Assembly: GCA_965112155.1 (NCBI GenBank)
Contig: OZ218102.1
Length of the DNA: 64,000 bases
Source of the DNA: Podarcis liolepis
Lineage: Eukaryota
Direction: 5' to 3' (one strand)
Below the pieces are notes generated by a model. The model worked only from the letters and a program-made list of their open reading frames with translations, was not told the DNA's origin and did not search any database. The translations under genes and the position numbers were made by a program. Within the stretch, counting starts at the first letter, position 1. Each line of letters opens with the position of its first letter. Shown here in pieces: positions 37,301-50,100 of the stretch.

Positions 37301-40300
37301 ACCCCAAGTGGAGCTAAAAATTAAGTCCTGCTTAATGTAGTTGTGTGAGTGTTTGCAGATTCATGGCTGGAAAGAGACCAAGTGAGAAGGGTGACTTGCA
37401 CAGGGGGACAAAAGGACGGGTTTTTGAAATGAGGTGGAGCCTGCTGTTTAGACATCTTGACCATTCAAGACCAGGCAAAGGAGCACTGGAGAAGGGGGTT
37501 CATTTATATTTCAGTAGAAAGAAACGGGAGCTGCTCAGTTTGTCTGCTTGTGGATCTTCGCAGGCAGCAGACGGCCATCCTGGTGGACCTGGTGAGGGAT
37601 GTGCCATTGGAATTTGATTTCCTCTTCTCAGAATCACAGGCAGAAGTGATCTCTGGGAAGCAAGAAGGTAGGTGTTGGGCCAGAAAGCCTCGCTCACTCC
37701 ATCATCACTGTGATGAGGCTGCATTTTAATATTTTAATGTTTCAATATTTTAATGTTGTATTTTAATCTTGTTTTTAAGTTGTATTCATTCAACTTGTTT
37801 TTATTATTGCTTGTTAGCTGCCCTGAGCCCGGCCTTGGCTGGGCGGGCGGGTATAAAAAAAATATATTATTATTATTATTATTATCATCATCATCTTAGG
37901 GAGTTTGGCAAAGGGTGAAGGGAGGGGGGGGGGGAAGGTAGGTAGTGAGGCAGCACTGCGCAGGATCTGGGGGCTTAGCTAGCTGTTACACCAGCTTAAC
38001 TTGTTGTTGGTGGTGCCTGTCCCCTGGGGTTGTTCCCTCCCCTCAAACTTCACAGGGTGCTACTCAAGTCCTGTACCTTCAAGGAACCCAACACTGCTCT
38101 TGATTCTCTTTCTTCCCCCAACCCCAATTTCCCAGGAGTCTATTCTTGGATAGGCATCAACTTTGTATTGGGAAGATTTGACCACGAAGAAGGTGAGACT
38201 GCGGGAAAGGGACAGTGGAGTTGAATGGGTAGGTAGAAGTTTTCTTTTTTGGCTCAGTTCCCTCTTGAGGGAGGGAATCTCCAGCACAGTTTGGTCGATT
38301 CCCAGCAGGAATGGAGATTTGGCTTTCCCACATGACCTGAACTAAGGCCCCTTCCCATTCTGCAGTTTAGCAGGAGCAAGAGAGACTAGAGCTGATCCCC
38401 AGTTCTTCCTGAACTTGTCCCCCCCACCCCCCAAACCATCTCCATTTTCCATTGCTTTGGCAACTCTCTCTTTCTCTTTCTCTCCCTCCCTCTGCGATTG
38501 TAGAGGAAGATGCAGTGATTTCTGTGACCCTGGCTGGCCAGGAAGAAACCCTGGTGCGAAAGAGGACCGTTGGGATCCTGGACATGGGAGGTGCCTCTCT
38601 GCAAATCGCCTATGAGGTGCCGACTTCCACGTCCTTCTCTTCCCCGCAGGAGGTGTGTAGCTTGGGAAGGAAATATGTGCTATGGTCCAGGTTGGGCCCT
38701 GTTTCTTACTCCCGCTCTCCCTCCCCCTGCCACCCTCCCCTCTGTTACTGACAGGAGGAAGCTGCCAAGAGCCTGCTTGCTGATTTCAACCTTGGCTGTG
38801 ACATGCAACACACGAAGCACGTGTACCGAGTCTACGTCAGCACCTTCCTGGGCTTTGGGGGCAACTACGCCCGGCAGCGCTATGAAGAGCTGGTGCTGAA
38901 TCAGACCATCACCCACAACAGGTGATGTCCTCATGCTGCCAGGTTTCAAAAGGCCTGGCTAAAGGCAGCTCTGGATTCCACTGCCCCCAGAAGTCCAAGG
39001 TGTGGCATCCTGGGAGAGGGTGTGTGTTTATTTGTAGAAGGCAGGCTTCCTGAGTGATGAGATCAATGGGAGAAGTTTTTGATGGTCCACATGCATACCT
39101 CTAGCCTGTTTCGGGGTGGCACAGAAGAACTCACCGATCATAACTTGCCGCTGGGGATGTCTGTGTTTTCCCAATCCTGAAGCTTAGGCTCTCGTTGCAG
39201 GTTGCAGGGTGAGCAGCTTGGCGCAAATGCTGGGGTGCCTGTCTTGGACCCCTGCCTGCCTGTGGGACTGGAGGATGTTGTGGAGCATGGCGGCCAGACC
39301 CTGCACATCAAGGGCCAGGGGGACTGGCAGTCGTGTGCGAAGCAAGTGCGCCTCCTGCTGGCGGGAGACAACAGAACCACAGTCTCTCTGCGCAACACCT
39401 ATCAGGCGCCGATTGACTTTGTTAACAGCGAATTCTATGGGTTCTCTGAATTCTACTACTGCACCGAAGATGTGCTGCGCCTGGGAGGACTGTACCACAT
39501 GCCCACGTTCACACGCGCTGCCCAGGTGACTCTAGAATATGTGACCACTTTGCCAGGATAGGCGGTGTTGTTTCTGTGCCCACTCATGTCTTTTGCCTCC
39601 TTCCAGGATTATTGCAGCCTGAGCTGGTCCGTACTGACCCAGAGGTTCCGAGACCACCTATACTCAGCACATGCAGATCTGCACCGTGTCAAGTAAGAAT
39701 CCATTCTTCCCTTTCACAGAGAATGTGCTTGGTCCTTAACTCTTCTTCCATGGACGGTGAAGGGGTGGGGGTAAGATTGCCCCCCAGCAGTCTTCTCAAC
39801 TGATGAGCCTCAGCCCAGCGTATTTGTGATCGAGTCTCTATTCTCTGCTTGCAGGTACCAGTGCTTCAAATCAGCATGGATGCACCAAGTCCTGCACGAA
39901 GGCTTTCATTTCCCCAAGGATTATTCTGGTCTGCGCACAGCCCAGTTGGTGTATGATCGTGAGGTACAATGGACACTGGGAGCCATTCTCTATAAAACTC
40001 GCTTCCTGCCACTCAGGTAATCTAAATTGCTGTCCACTGCATCTTTTCTCATCTTAAGAGTGGTAGAGTTCTTCTGGTTACTTCAGAATCAGTCTTTCAA
40101 ACAAGGTCTTCAGTAAAGAACTGGACCATGGCGCTTGACCTAGGAGTAAAATGCCGGTTTTCTAGCCCTAATTAGAGTGCTCGGTCATCTTAATATGTGA
40201 ACTTGGGAGTAAGCTTCACAGAGTTCAACATGAGGAGGGCTTACTCTCTATAAGCATGCATAGGATTGAGCTTGAAACATGGAAGAGTTCAGTACTCTGT

Positions 40301-40955
40301 GTTTAAAGTCTGAAGTTTCATTTTTTAAACTTGAGAAAGCAAGTGATCTGCCAGCACTGCTTTTCTGAAAAAACAGAAAAGGAGAAAGCAGACGCATGCA
40401 GAGACCTGGTATGTTTTTAAGAGGTACCTAAGGGAGAGACATCAAATGCACGCTCAATGAAGCACAGAGCCTGCATGAAAAGGAAATTGATCCTTTATCA
40501 GTAGGCAACATGGTGTCTTAAATGTTAAAAAACTAAAACCTATGTTTTTGACACCTCTCATCTATTTACAAATGGTCTGTAGGGCATAGGCCTGAGAAAA
40601 GCCAGGTATTTGGGAATCATACTTACTGCAGTATCTGGAATGCTTCTTTGTCTGCTAGTTGCAAGAGATTCAAGCTTAGCGCAGCTTCACATTTCAACTT
40701 CAGACTGATTTTTCTTTGTTTTTCAGGGATCTCCGCCAGGAGAGCATCCACCAACCTCGCAGCCCTTGGCTCCGTCTCTCCTTTGTTTATAACCACTATC
40801 TTTTCTTTGTGTGCATTCTTGTGGTGATGCTTGCAATTGGACTCTACCTCTTCCGTCTGCGCCGCATCCACCAGAAGCAGTTGCACGTGGCACAGCTGGA
40901 CCTGCTGTGGCTAGCAGAGGTGGTGCCGCTGCCAGCGCAGGAGGCAGCCTCCTGA
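30259..40955 (+). CDS. ENTPD7: Ectonucleoside triphosphate diphosphohydrolase 7 (607 aa, 12 coding exons)
   Basis: Coding exons 30259-30266, 31520-31699, 35702-35907, 36035-36185, 37564-37667, 38136-38192, 38504-38652, 38755-38921, 39201-39525, 39607-39692, 39855-40016, 40727-40955; 1824 nt, phases consistent. Apyrase conserved regions DCGSSGSR, TAGMRLL, ISGKQEGVYSWIGINF, DMGGASLQI and WTLGA; N- and C-terminal TM helices. Probable non-coding exon 1 ends at 29901 (GCG|GTAAGT); exon 2 starts at 30165. Confidence 0.95.
34362..34404. repeat. (AAC)n/(AAT)n microsatellite
   Basis: Tail of a reversed LINE fragment. Confidence 0.9.
36371..37257 (+). mobile_element. LTR-like/TIR element with a nested L2-type fragment (ENTPD7 intron)
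   Basis: 10-bp terminal inverted repeat GGGAATGTTG / CAACATTCCC; flanks GCACAG / ACACAG; internal TATAAAA 36472 and AATAAA 36647; reversed L2-like piece at about 36900-37180. Confidence 0.5.
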
Positions 40956-41763
40956 CAAAAGAACTACCTCTCGGTGAACTCTCTCCATGTCTGCCCTATT
41001 GGCAGTGGCTTTTAATGGGCCAGAAGCTGTGATTCTCTTGTGGGCTAGTCCAGAATTCTGCAGGACTCCAGCCCAACCCCAGGGCCTAAACAGTGTCTGC
41101 TCAGACTTGCCCCTAACCCAAGCCGCTCAACCCTAATGGACTCTAGATTTTCCTCCGTGGCTGAAATCCCCAGCCACCGGGGGGAGAATCACACTGCAGG
41201 TGCTGTGAGGCAAGGGAAGCTGATCTCTGTTACCCTTGACAGTGGGCAAAAGGCAGCATAGCTGAAAGTGACCAAAGAAACTTGATTTACTCAGGAAGGG
41301 AGGGAGAAGGACCTTGTGTGGCCAAGAACTGGACAGCTCTCCCGCAAAAGGAAAGAAAGTGGTTCTTTCTGGTGCTTTACTATGAGCACGCCCCCCTACT
41401 TCTGTTGATGTCTGTGATAGGACCAAAAAAGGAGTCATGCAAACAGGATTCCTTGAGGGTAAGAAATAACCTTTTAAAAAAACCAAGGCAGATAATTTGC
41501 TGCCTTCCTTCACACTCCTCCCCACAAATACATTTTGCACACACTCCTTTCAAATCCCATTTACTCATCATTCAGTGTGTCTCAGTGCTGTTGTCCCGGC
41601 ACTGGGGCTTCCAGCAGTTCCAAGTTTCACAGAAGACCACCTTGAACTGTGGAACGCTGTCCCTGGTACTTGTTTTAACAACACCTAGCCCATAAACTCA
41701 ATCAACTATGGGCTATGTTAAATTATGAATTTGTTTTCATACTTGAACTCCAGTTACTGTAGC

Positions 41764-41769
41764 AATAAA
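41764..41769 (+). terminator. Probable ENTPD7 polyadenylation signal
   Basis: AATAAA followed by a GU-rich tract (TGGTTGTG..TTGTTGGTTG). Confidence 0.55.
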
Positions 41770-42193
41770 TTATGCTGAACTGTGTAAGCAGAGTTTCTTG
41801 ATGCTGGTTGTGCTGGAAGCTTGTTGGTTGGTGTAGATCACTACTAGCTGTAAAAACCATAATTTCCCACCTGTGCTCAAGAATGAGAACCAATCTACAA
41901 TTGTAGGCCTAAGGAAAAGAACTTGCTTTATTGCTGTATGGTCCTGAACACAATAGGGTTGCTATCATAAATCCTAGTCTGGAAATTTGCAGTGGCTTAG
42001 TTGCTTACTCCACCCGGATAGTTTACTGAAGTGCTCCTTGTCAGGAAACACACACCAATTTTGATTTCAGCCCAATACCAGTTAGATGCTACGGATGGAG
42101 GCTGGAGTATTACCCTAGCTGACTTTGAAGCACTTCTGGGCCCCATATCAGATCTCTTTAACAGAAGACAAAGAAAGCTCACATACTAAAAAA

Positions 42194-42199
42194 TTTATT
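42194..42199 (-). terminator. Probable ATP6V0E2-like polyadenylation signal
   Basis: AATAAA on the minus strand within the inferred last exon; an alternative lies at 41927-41932. Confidence 0.5.
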
Positions 42200-43221
42200 T
42201 TCACGATACCAGTTTACACTCAATAAATACAAATACACAACATTATAAATAATAGTGGAAGGGGGAATTCTAGGCAAATGCATCTTAGTGCAGCAGCCTC
42301 ACTGCTAATGGACAAAGATAGGGAGAGAACAGATCTATTAGGCGAGCATCACCATGTAAAAGGAAGGAAGGTGTCTTGTATCTTGCCCAAGAGGATGTTC
42401 CAGAGCTCCATCAGCAATTATTCAGTCTTAGCGTTCATTACAGGACTTTCAAAATGCAAACATTTTCCCTAACTGCCAAGAGAGGGACATTTAGTTACAA
42501 CATCAAACCCAAGAGCAGATGCCACCAAGATGCATCAATTAAAACAGGTGGGAGATGGCTAAACAAGTGATATGGTCCCTTCATATGTTTGGGTCCTGGC
42601 CCTACTGCTGTGGGGAAATTCAGAGTGCAAACAAAAGATCCATTGAGTTAGTACTGGAAAGGACAAGGGGTGGAGCTGTTATCTAGCATCAGAAGGAAGC
42701 CTAGGAAAAAGAGAAAAAGATTTCTTAGTATTCACCGTACCCCAGCAGGATAGAAGATATCTGGGAACAATCAACCTGTTGCCCTTTTAGTGAGATTTAC
42801 CATAGCTACCTTTTACAGACAATGAGAAAGTGACCTGTCCTATAGAACCACAGAGTGGCAACACTATTGGAGACAGATTACAGGTACCTTTCTGGTTCTA
42901 TTGGTTAAGCCAGGGATGGGACCTATGATTCTCATGTGGCTGGACTATGATCCCTGACTGGCTATATTGGCTTGGGCTAATAGGAGTCAGAATCCAATAA
43001 CGTCTAGAGAACCATAAGTTCCCCATCCCTGGGCTATGCTATTGACAGGTGAGTCAGGCAAGGAACCAAGGAAGGGAATCTTTGTAAACTGGAAGCAAAT
43101 AGATTCCTTTTTCTTACAAGTTAATAATGAGTTGCATCTAATGTATTTGTGTGTTAGTAAGGTAGGTTAGGTAGCGCTGGATAGAGCAAGTACCTGTTGA
43201 ATTGGTTGATAGTGGTCCAGT

Positions 43222-44628
43222 TCACTCCCACAGGAAGCGCACATACCAGATGGTCTCATTCTTCAGCTGGGGTCCAAACAGTGGGTTGGCCTGGGCCAGG
43301 AGTGCTATAAGCCAGCTGCAAGGGAAAGATAGGAAGGAGACATATAAACTGGATCACAACTCCTTTTGCACTAGTGCTGAAATACAAAAAGTCATATTTT
43401 GCAAATAACTGCTAGGTCATTTTTGCAAGTAACAGTTATTCTTATAAAGAGGACAGTATCACTGTAGGAGGGATATAGAATCTAGGGAGCAAGGTCTTGT
43501 AGTTCTTTAAATGTACTACAAGGAGATAAGATCTGCCCTGGTGCATTATGCCTGAGAGTGTCTAGCTTAGCATAACAGCTGAGCCACACAGGATGTTAGG
43601 GCAGCCAGAACAATCTAGTGCTTTGGTGTATGATCAGAGATGGTCTAAGGCTTGTTATGGGATGCAAAATCCACTCCTTGTTCATATATGGGGTCCTGGG
43701 AGCATCATGCATGAATGATGCTAGGACATATTGGAAGAGACAGTGTACCATGATCCAATATTACCCAAAAGCTTATTTTATGAGAGAGAGGCAGGCTGTT
43801 TATGCACCTATGTGTAGAATAAGGACCTGGCTTGAGCATCTCCAAGGTGGTGTATACAGGAGAGCCTCTTCTATTTGGGATTCCTTCCTAGATTCCCAAT
43901 ATTCAGGAAGCAGCCAGTTAGATAAAGTTATGAGGGTGGTTGATTTCCTGCTGGGTACAACCCAGCCCTACACCCACAACCTATCTCCCCTACGCAATAC
44001 TCACAAGAGATAGCAGGAAATGGCTGTGGTCACCAGCATGGTAATAATCACTCTGTGAAGTGAAAAAAATGAAAAAGGAAAAAGATTAAGTAAAGCTGCA
44101 ATCCTAACCCTACTTACCTGGGAGTAAACCCCCCTGAATATATTAGGAATTACTTCTGAGTAGACATGGATAGGATTGTGCTGTTACTGAAACAATCAAG
44201 GGGGTCACACAGGAGAAAGGATTCCCAGATCAGGCACTCCTCAACGCTCTTCCTCCCTGCTTCCACACCCCGACTCCTATATACCGTGTTCATAAGAGAA
44301 AAATACCCTAGCCCAGCCCTTTGGCTGCTATACTAGTTTGCTATTTGCAGGGTCGTTGGTGTTTCCAACGCGAGGGAGCATTCATAAATGTGACCCCACA
44401 CACACACACTTGGCAGTCTGAAGCGATGCGGAGTCCCATTCACAGCATCCGTGGATCAGGCCGCCTTCAAGGCCAAAGGCGGCTGCGGAGAAGGAAAGCC
44501 TGCGAGTGTCGCACTTGCGGGGGAAGCGGGTGCGGGTGCCTGCTAAAGTCTTTGTGTGTGTCATGTCATCTCCCAATATATCAGTATCTCTATATAGTGA
44601 TCTTTTTGGATATATAGGTCATTCTCAC

Positions 44629-44674
<46 letters not shown>

Positions 44675-44952
44675 CTTCTATCTAGATATAGATACAGATA
44701 TTCTCAAAGCCTTTAGCAGGGACCACCACCACCCTTCCCTCGCAATTATAGATCACAATGCATATATTGATCTATTTGGCGATGGCGATGACCGTGAGAC
44801 CTGGCGATGGATCGGGCGGGCGGAGGCTGCGCGGGCGGGGAGCCTCACCCGCGGTTGGGCCCCTTGGGCACGAGCCAGGGCCCGGCGATTCCCACGAGCC
44901 CCCAGAAGACCGAGAAGAGGATGATCGGCAGCGCGAAGCTGTGCGCCGTCAT
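43222..44952 (-). CDS. ATP6V0E2: V-type proton ATPase V0 subunit e (e2-like), 81 aa, 3 coding exons plus a 3'-UTR exon
   Basis: Exons 44952-44849, 44052-44005, 43315-43222 (104+48+94=246 nt) give [81 protein letters not shown]. The termini MTAHSFALP and WYVRFLWE resemble e2, not e1. Probable 3'-UTR intron 43193-42701 (CAG|GTACTT ... TTTTTCCTAG). Orthology to E2 versus a separate paralog is unresolved. Confidence 0.9.
44632..44673. repeat. (ATCT)n microsatellite
   Basis: About 10 TATC units in intron 1 of the ATP6V0E2-like gene. Confidence 0.92.
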
Positions 44953-45300
44953 AGCGAGGCAGGTTGGGAGCGACCGAAGGGATGAAGGACAAGAAGCCGC
45001 CGCCGCCGAGACCGCAAGAAGAGTGAGTCTCCGCCCCTCCGCCGGTCGCTTCCTTCGCTTCTGGCCCGGTCCGCAACCAATCAGAATTCCGTGCGCCCTC
45101 CCGGTGTTTTTCCCCCTTCGCGACCCCGTATTTTGGAGCCTCGGTTCCGAATGGAGTTGCCTGTGTCGTACCGCCCCCTGCTGCCTCGGAGGGTGTATTG
45201 CGAGGAGCGGAGAAGGCAGGTCGAATCTTACTCGAATCATTGCAGGCAAGGGCATCGTATAGGCGTCCGCCGGGGTTGGGGTAGTTGCTCCCTCTAATGA
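44953..45300 (-). promoter_or_regulatory. CpG-island promoter of the ATP6V0E2-like gene
   Basis: CpG-rich; CCAATC 45077-45082, a GC box near 45031 and a CTCF-like motif at 45171-45184. Confidence 0.65.
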
Positions 45301-47175
45301 GCCATGATCACCAGATTTACAGGTTTTTATTCCCCCCGCCCCGCTTTACAGAAAGGTTATAGAATTTGTAGACCCAGATATGAACAAAAATGTGCAGGCA
45401 CCAATCTCCACCTTGATTTTGTGAGACTTACCCCTCCAACCTTTCAGAGTTTCTATCCATTTTAGGCCATTTCTATAACTCTTAAAAAATACAAAAACTC
45501 CTCTAACTGGTGTACAGAAAACAAGCTGATCAGAAAATTTTACGAATATGATGTTATGTATAAAAATGTTACATTACTGCAACATTACTAATACATAGAA
45601 ACCAGTATCAGTTCCTTCTCCTTCTGACACCCATCCCCTCTCAGTATCCTGGCTCTCACTAAGCGCATTCATTGATTTCTGCCTAATGAATTTCTACCTA
45701 ATGAATGAAGCAATGGATGACATTAAGGAAACTAGATCTAGCCAATTTAATACTTGAGTGAAACACCTGTGTCTCCGCTCTTGGTTTGGTTTAAAGCCTT
45801 TAATGCCGGTCTTCACTGCTTGTGAAGTGAATGCTACCCCACTGAAAACAAGTCAGGAATCCAATACTGGCAAGCAATGTATAAAAGAAAAAGGTAGCAG
45901 CAAAGACAGTAAGTAGTCCATCATCTTTCAAAGTCACATTTCATGGCAAAGAATGTCCCTCCCAGCATCTGCAAACACTTTAAAGGATACTCTGCTGCCA
46001 ATCTGCCATAATTATACCTATATTGAAACAGGCTGGGCTGGGGCTGATTCCATGTTAGGCTCATTTTGCTGGGAGGCAGCGGTAGGGAACCGCAGTAGTG
46101 TAGTACAACTCTGAATTGTAGGGTACATGATAGGGCTTTTTAGGGAAATGAAGCAAAGTGGGAGACTGTGAAGTTGAGTGTAGCAGCACTGCCCAGGAAA
46201 GAATCAGGACTGAGTGAAAAGCCATCTACCCATTGTAGCAGGTCAACCCACTGAGAAGGAAAGGGATAAATGTGTAATACAAGTTTCTCAGGGGTCTACC
46301 CAAGTCTAGGAAGTCACCTGATCCACCAGAATTGTTAGATATGTTCTCTGCTGCTAGTTATGTTTATTTACTCATTTGCAGCATTTACTCCCCCCCACCC
46401 TCCCCAGAAAAAATCCTTTGTGGATATTGATGTTAATGAAACGTGTTCCAAATCAACCCACTCATGTGCCTGTTTGAAAGCTACCACAGGCATCTGGTTG
46501 GCAACTGAGAACAAGATGATGGACTTAATGGAGCCTTTGGTTTGCTGCAGCAGTTTATTATGAAGGTACATTGCATAGGGACATTGTAAGAGCAGTCAGT
46601 TTTAAAATACTGAGATATTGAGAAATATTGAGAAACTATTTTTATTAAATAAGGAAAGGACTGTGGGTCTTCTGCATGGTTAAATTACAGTGCACATTTC
46701 AATATTCTAATGCAAAAAATTGCACTCAAACCCCATTCTGCTAAAGAAAATCCACTAACTAGGCCACCCATCACCCTTATAATACAGTTTTGAAATGCCT
46801 TCATTTGCTATTCATCCAAATTTCTAGGCCCACACACCCCATAATCCATTGTCTATATCAAGCCTACAAAGAATGTAAAAGGCTCATGGCTGTAGCCTCA
46901 TACAGATAGCTCAGCAGGAACCGAGACACACCTCAAGCGACCATCATTCTTGCCAGAGCCCACCTTGTCAGCCTCACACCTTAAGCAAAGGATGGTGATT
47001 CATGTTCACCAAGTTTTGCAACAAAGCACTTCAACTCATGACATCAAGGTGCTGCTCAGCCTCGCCTTCTGTTCAAATCAAGGCTTTCAGGAAGAGGAGC
47101 ATACAACACGTGGGGCAAAGGCAGCAACCGTGAACCTTCAGCACTAGCAGAGGCTGGCTAAATAGGGAAGCAGGG

Positions 47176-50100
47176 TTATTTCGGGATCCGCTTCAGTTCA
47201 TGCATCAGCCACAACGCCACACTGAGCAGTACCAGGGAACCTGATTGATGAGTGGCTGCTAAAGGAGTTGGGACATACAGGAGAAGTGTGCTGATGCCCA
47301 GGGTAACCTGCAGAGGAGCAAGAATAAAATGAAGTTACAGACGTAAGCAAAGTTTGCTTACCAGTATACCTGAAATGTAGAAGTATGTGCAAATACATCT
47401 GCATCGTATTCTTATAGCACAGAATTATACACAAGAAGCTTCATAAGCAATTGGCATAGGGATTTTTATATGTTCCGTCTCTCTCCCACTGTAAATAACC
47501 TGCTACAGGATGAGGTAGCTGTCATAGTGCTTCATGATAAAATGCTAATGAAACTGTACTGATGTTCCCCCTTTGCCTTCTCAGTTTAAACCCAGAAGGC
47601 AGAGAAGGGCAGTGACCATAGCACTGTGCAGTATTTCCACAGAAGAGCACGACTGCAGCTCTATTTCCCCCCTTTGTTCGTCAAAGCCAAATAAATAAAT
47701 AAATAAAAATTGGTCCCCACCAATTTCAGTTTTAAATGCCTGAGACCAGCAACCAAGATAGCATTATCAGTGACGAGAAGGCAGGCACCTACCTGGAAGG
47801 AAGGGGAAACCTGCCATTCCATCAGAGGACACTACTAAGTGACAATTAAAAGGGTGTTTTAAAGGGCATAGTTAATACCTGGAGGTATGCCACAGCCAGT
47901 AAGGAAGCAACTGCCATCCTTGTCCTCCGTGGGAGAGGAATCTTCCTGGAAAACAGGTACAGACCTGTAATGGCTGCGACAGAGGAAACTCCCTAAAGGG
48001 TAAAGAGTAAATATCCAGTGAGGGAACCAGAGAAGCTTTGCAATGACAACAAAGGGCTTAGAAGTGGAGTTGGAAGGGATCTTAAAAGGTCATCTAGTCC
48101 AAAGGCAATGCAGGAACCTCACTACTACAGCATCCCTGACAATCCAGCCTCTGAAAAAGAGTCCATCACTTCTGGGGCAGTCTGCTCCTCTTTCAAAAAA
48201 CTCACGTCATCATGATGTTCTCCTTAATGTTTAGACTAACCCCCCCCTTTGTAACTTGCACCCTTTAATTAGAGACAGTGGAGATGGAAACCAGTACTTT
48301 AGGCATGCAAGCAAGTGCTCTACTCTGAGTTAAGGGGCCTGCATTCCCACATTCCCAGTTACACTGCCACCTGGCATGAACACAAACCCAAGAACGGCAA
48401 CCAATTAAAAAAGAGGTGTTATCTAAGAGCATAAAGAGGAAGAAACATACCAGAATCCTGTGATCAAACTGCACGGTTGTGGGATTCTCAAATATGTTCT
48501 TCAACTTTGGGGAAAAGGCAAGGAGATCATCAGGGATCCAGCGTTCCCCCATCTTGGGAAATGAATTGTATACAAGACCAGCATCCAGTCCTGCCACAAA
48601 TGCCCCTAGAGTTCCAGAGAAGAGAGTCTGTCACACTTGTAAGTATGAATGTAATAGAACAAGCCACCTAAAAACCATCACGGTGAGAGTTTTAGGTCCT
48701 TCCCTCAAGGCCACGAAACAGTTCCCAGTGATGTTGTCTGACCAGCATGAAGAGGAAGCATTTCAGTAACCTGGAATTGAAAAAGTCTAGACCCTCCCAA
48801 TGGGAAATGAAGCAAGAAACATATATCCATGACCATGCTGTCTATTGCTTCTCAAAAGAAAGAGATTGGTGCAAAAGTGTCAGGGACTTTTACCTGAGAG
48901 GGCAGTGAGAAAGATCAGGCCTGATGTTCCATGAGCAAACCTTCTTAGGCGCAGGAGTTGACGGGTTTCTGGTAACTGTCAAAACAGGAGGAGGATCACA
49001 AGAATATGCAATGGCCTTTTTATATATTCTAAAGGGAGTATGTGCAAAGGAAACTAGTGTTCCATAGGCTCAGCATTTATACACGTTTCCAATAAGACTC
49101 CTGACAGAAGAGGAACGTATTTATTTCACTCTCAATGGCTAAGGCAGCAAGGACTTCTGCTCTTCTCACTCAGCTGTTATGCTGCACGGCCCTTAATGGA
49201 CATGGCTTACATCCAATTATATCTATGAACCCAAATCTACCAAATTTTATAGAAATCACCAGGCGTTCTTGGAAGCAGCCAGATAGCATCTGCATGCTTG
49301 ATTTAATCCTGTGAAGTCACCATCCCCAAGACCAGATCCACAGGCACCAGAAGCATCTACTGCCTGGATGTGTAGGGCAAAAGTGCATGGCAATATCTTC
49401 TGTGGCAAGGATGCGGCCTTGCTAGAACTGGGGAAGTTGTGGCAGACTGCACTGTAAGAAATGGAATAGCTCATGCCAGGCTGAATTCTTCTCAGTCTGC
49501 ATTTCTCCTGATATGCTTTCTTAAATAACTACCCTCTTAAGAGGCCATCCTACCAAGTGAACTATGAGGGTGCAGTGTTGTGTGGGCTCTCCTTTCTTCC
49601 CTTTTCGTGTGATGCTCCGAAGCAGTGGCTGTGATCACCATAAAGGGATTGGAAACCCTACCTGAGAAGTGAAACCCTACCTAATATGAGAATTGGCAAC
49701 AGGCGCTAGTTTTGCATGTGATGCAGGAGTGTGTGCCTCCCACTGCACGTTCATTGGCTCCCTCTATGCATGGGAGTGTCAATGCTAACAGAGTTCTTGA
49801 CTGGTAAGCTTTGGTGGTGTTTCTAGGAACGTTATCTCTTTGACATTTCCCAAGATTTGTAATTTTCCTCTTCCAGGCTGAGCACATGTAGCATACAGTG
49901 GCAGTTTGGTCTGCACAGTGGCAGTGTGCCTCCCTCCAAAGGCGCAATTGGTGTACAGGCTTTCTTGGCCCAACTGGGACTCAATACATGCCCCCAGTCT
50001 CCCTCACTTTTTGCTTACCTTGTGCTGCGGCAGCAGTAATGAGAGTCCAGTCCACAGGCTGTAGCAGTAAAGAACAAGTGCAGAGCCCAGGTGTGCGGCT

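Noticed and set aside
44111-44121. U1 snRNA gene or pseudogene (TACTTACCTGG)
   Set aside because: The match stops after 11 nt, and the context is an interspersed repeat.
44953-45255. 101-codon open in-frame extension upstream of the V0e ATG
   Set aside because: It runs through the CCAAT/CTCF promoter region and has no recognisable homology; unsupported without transcript data.
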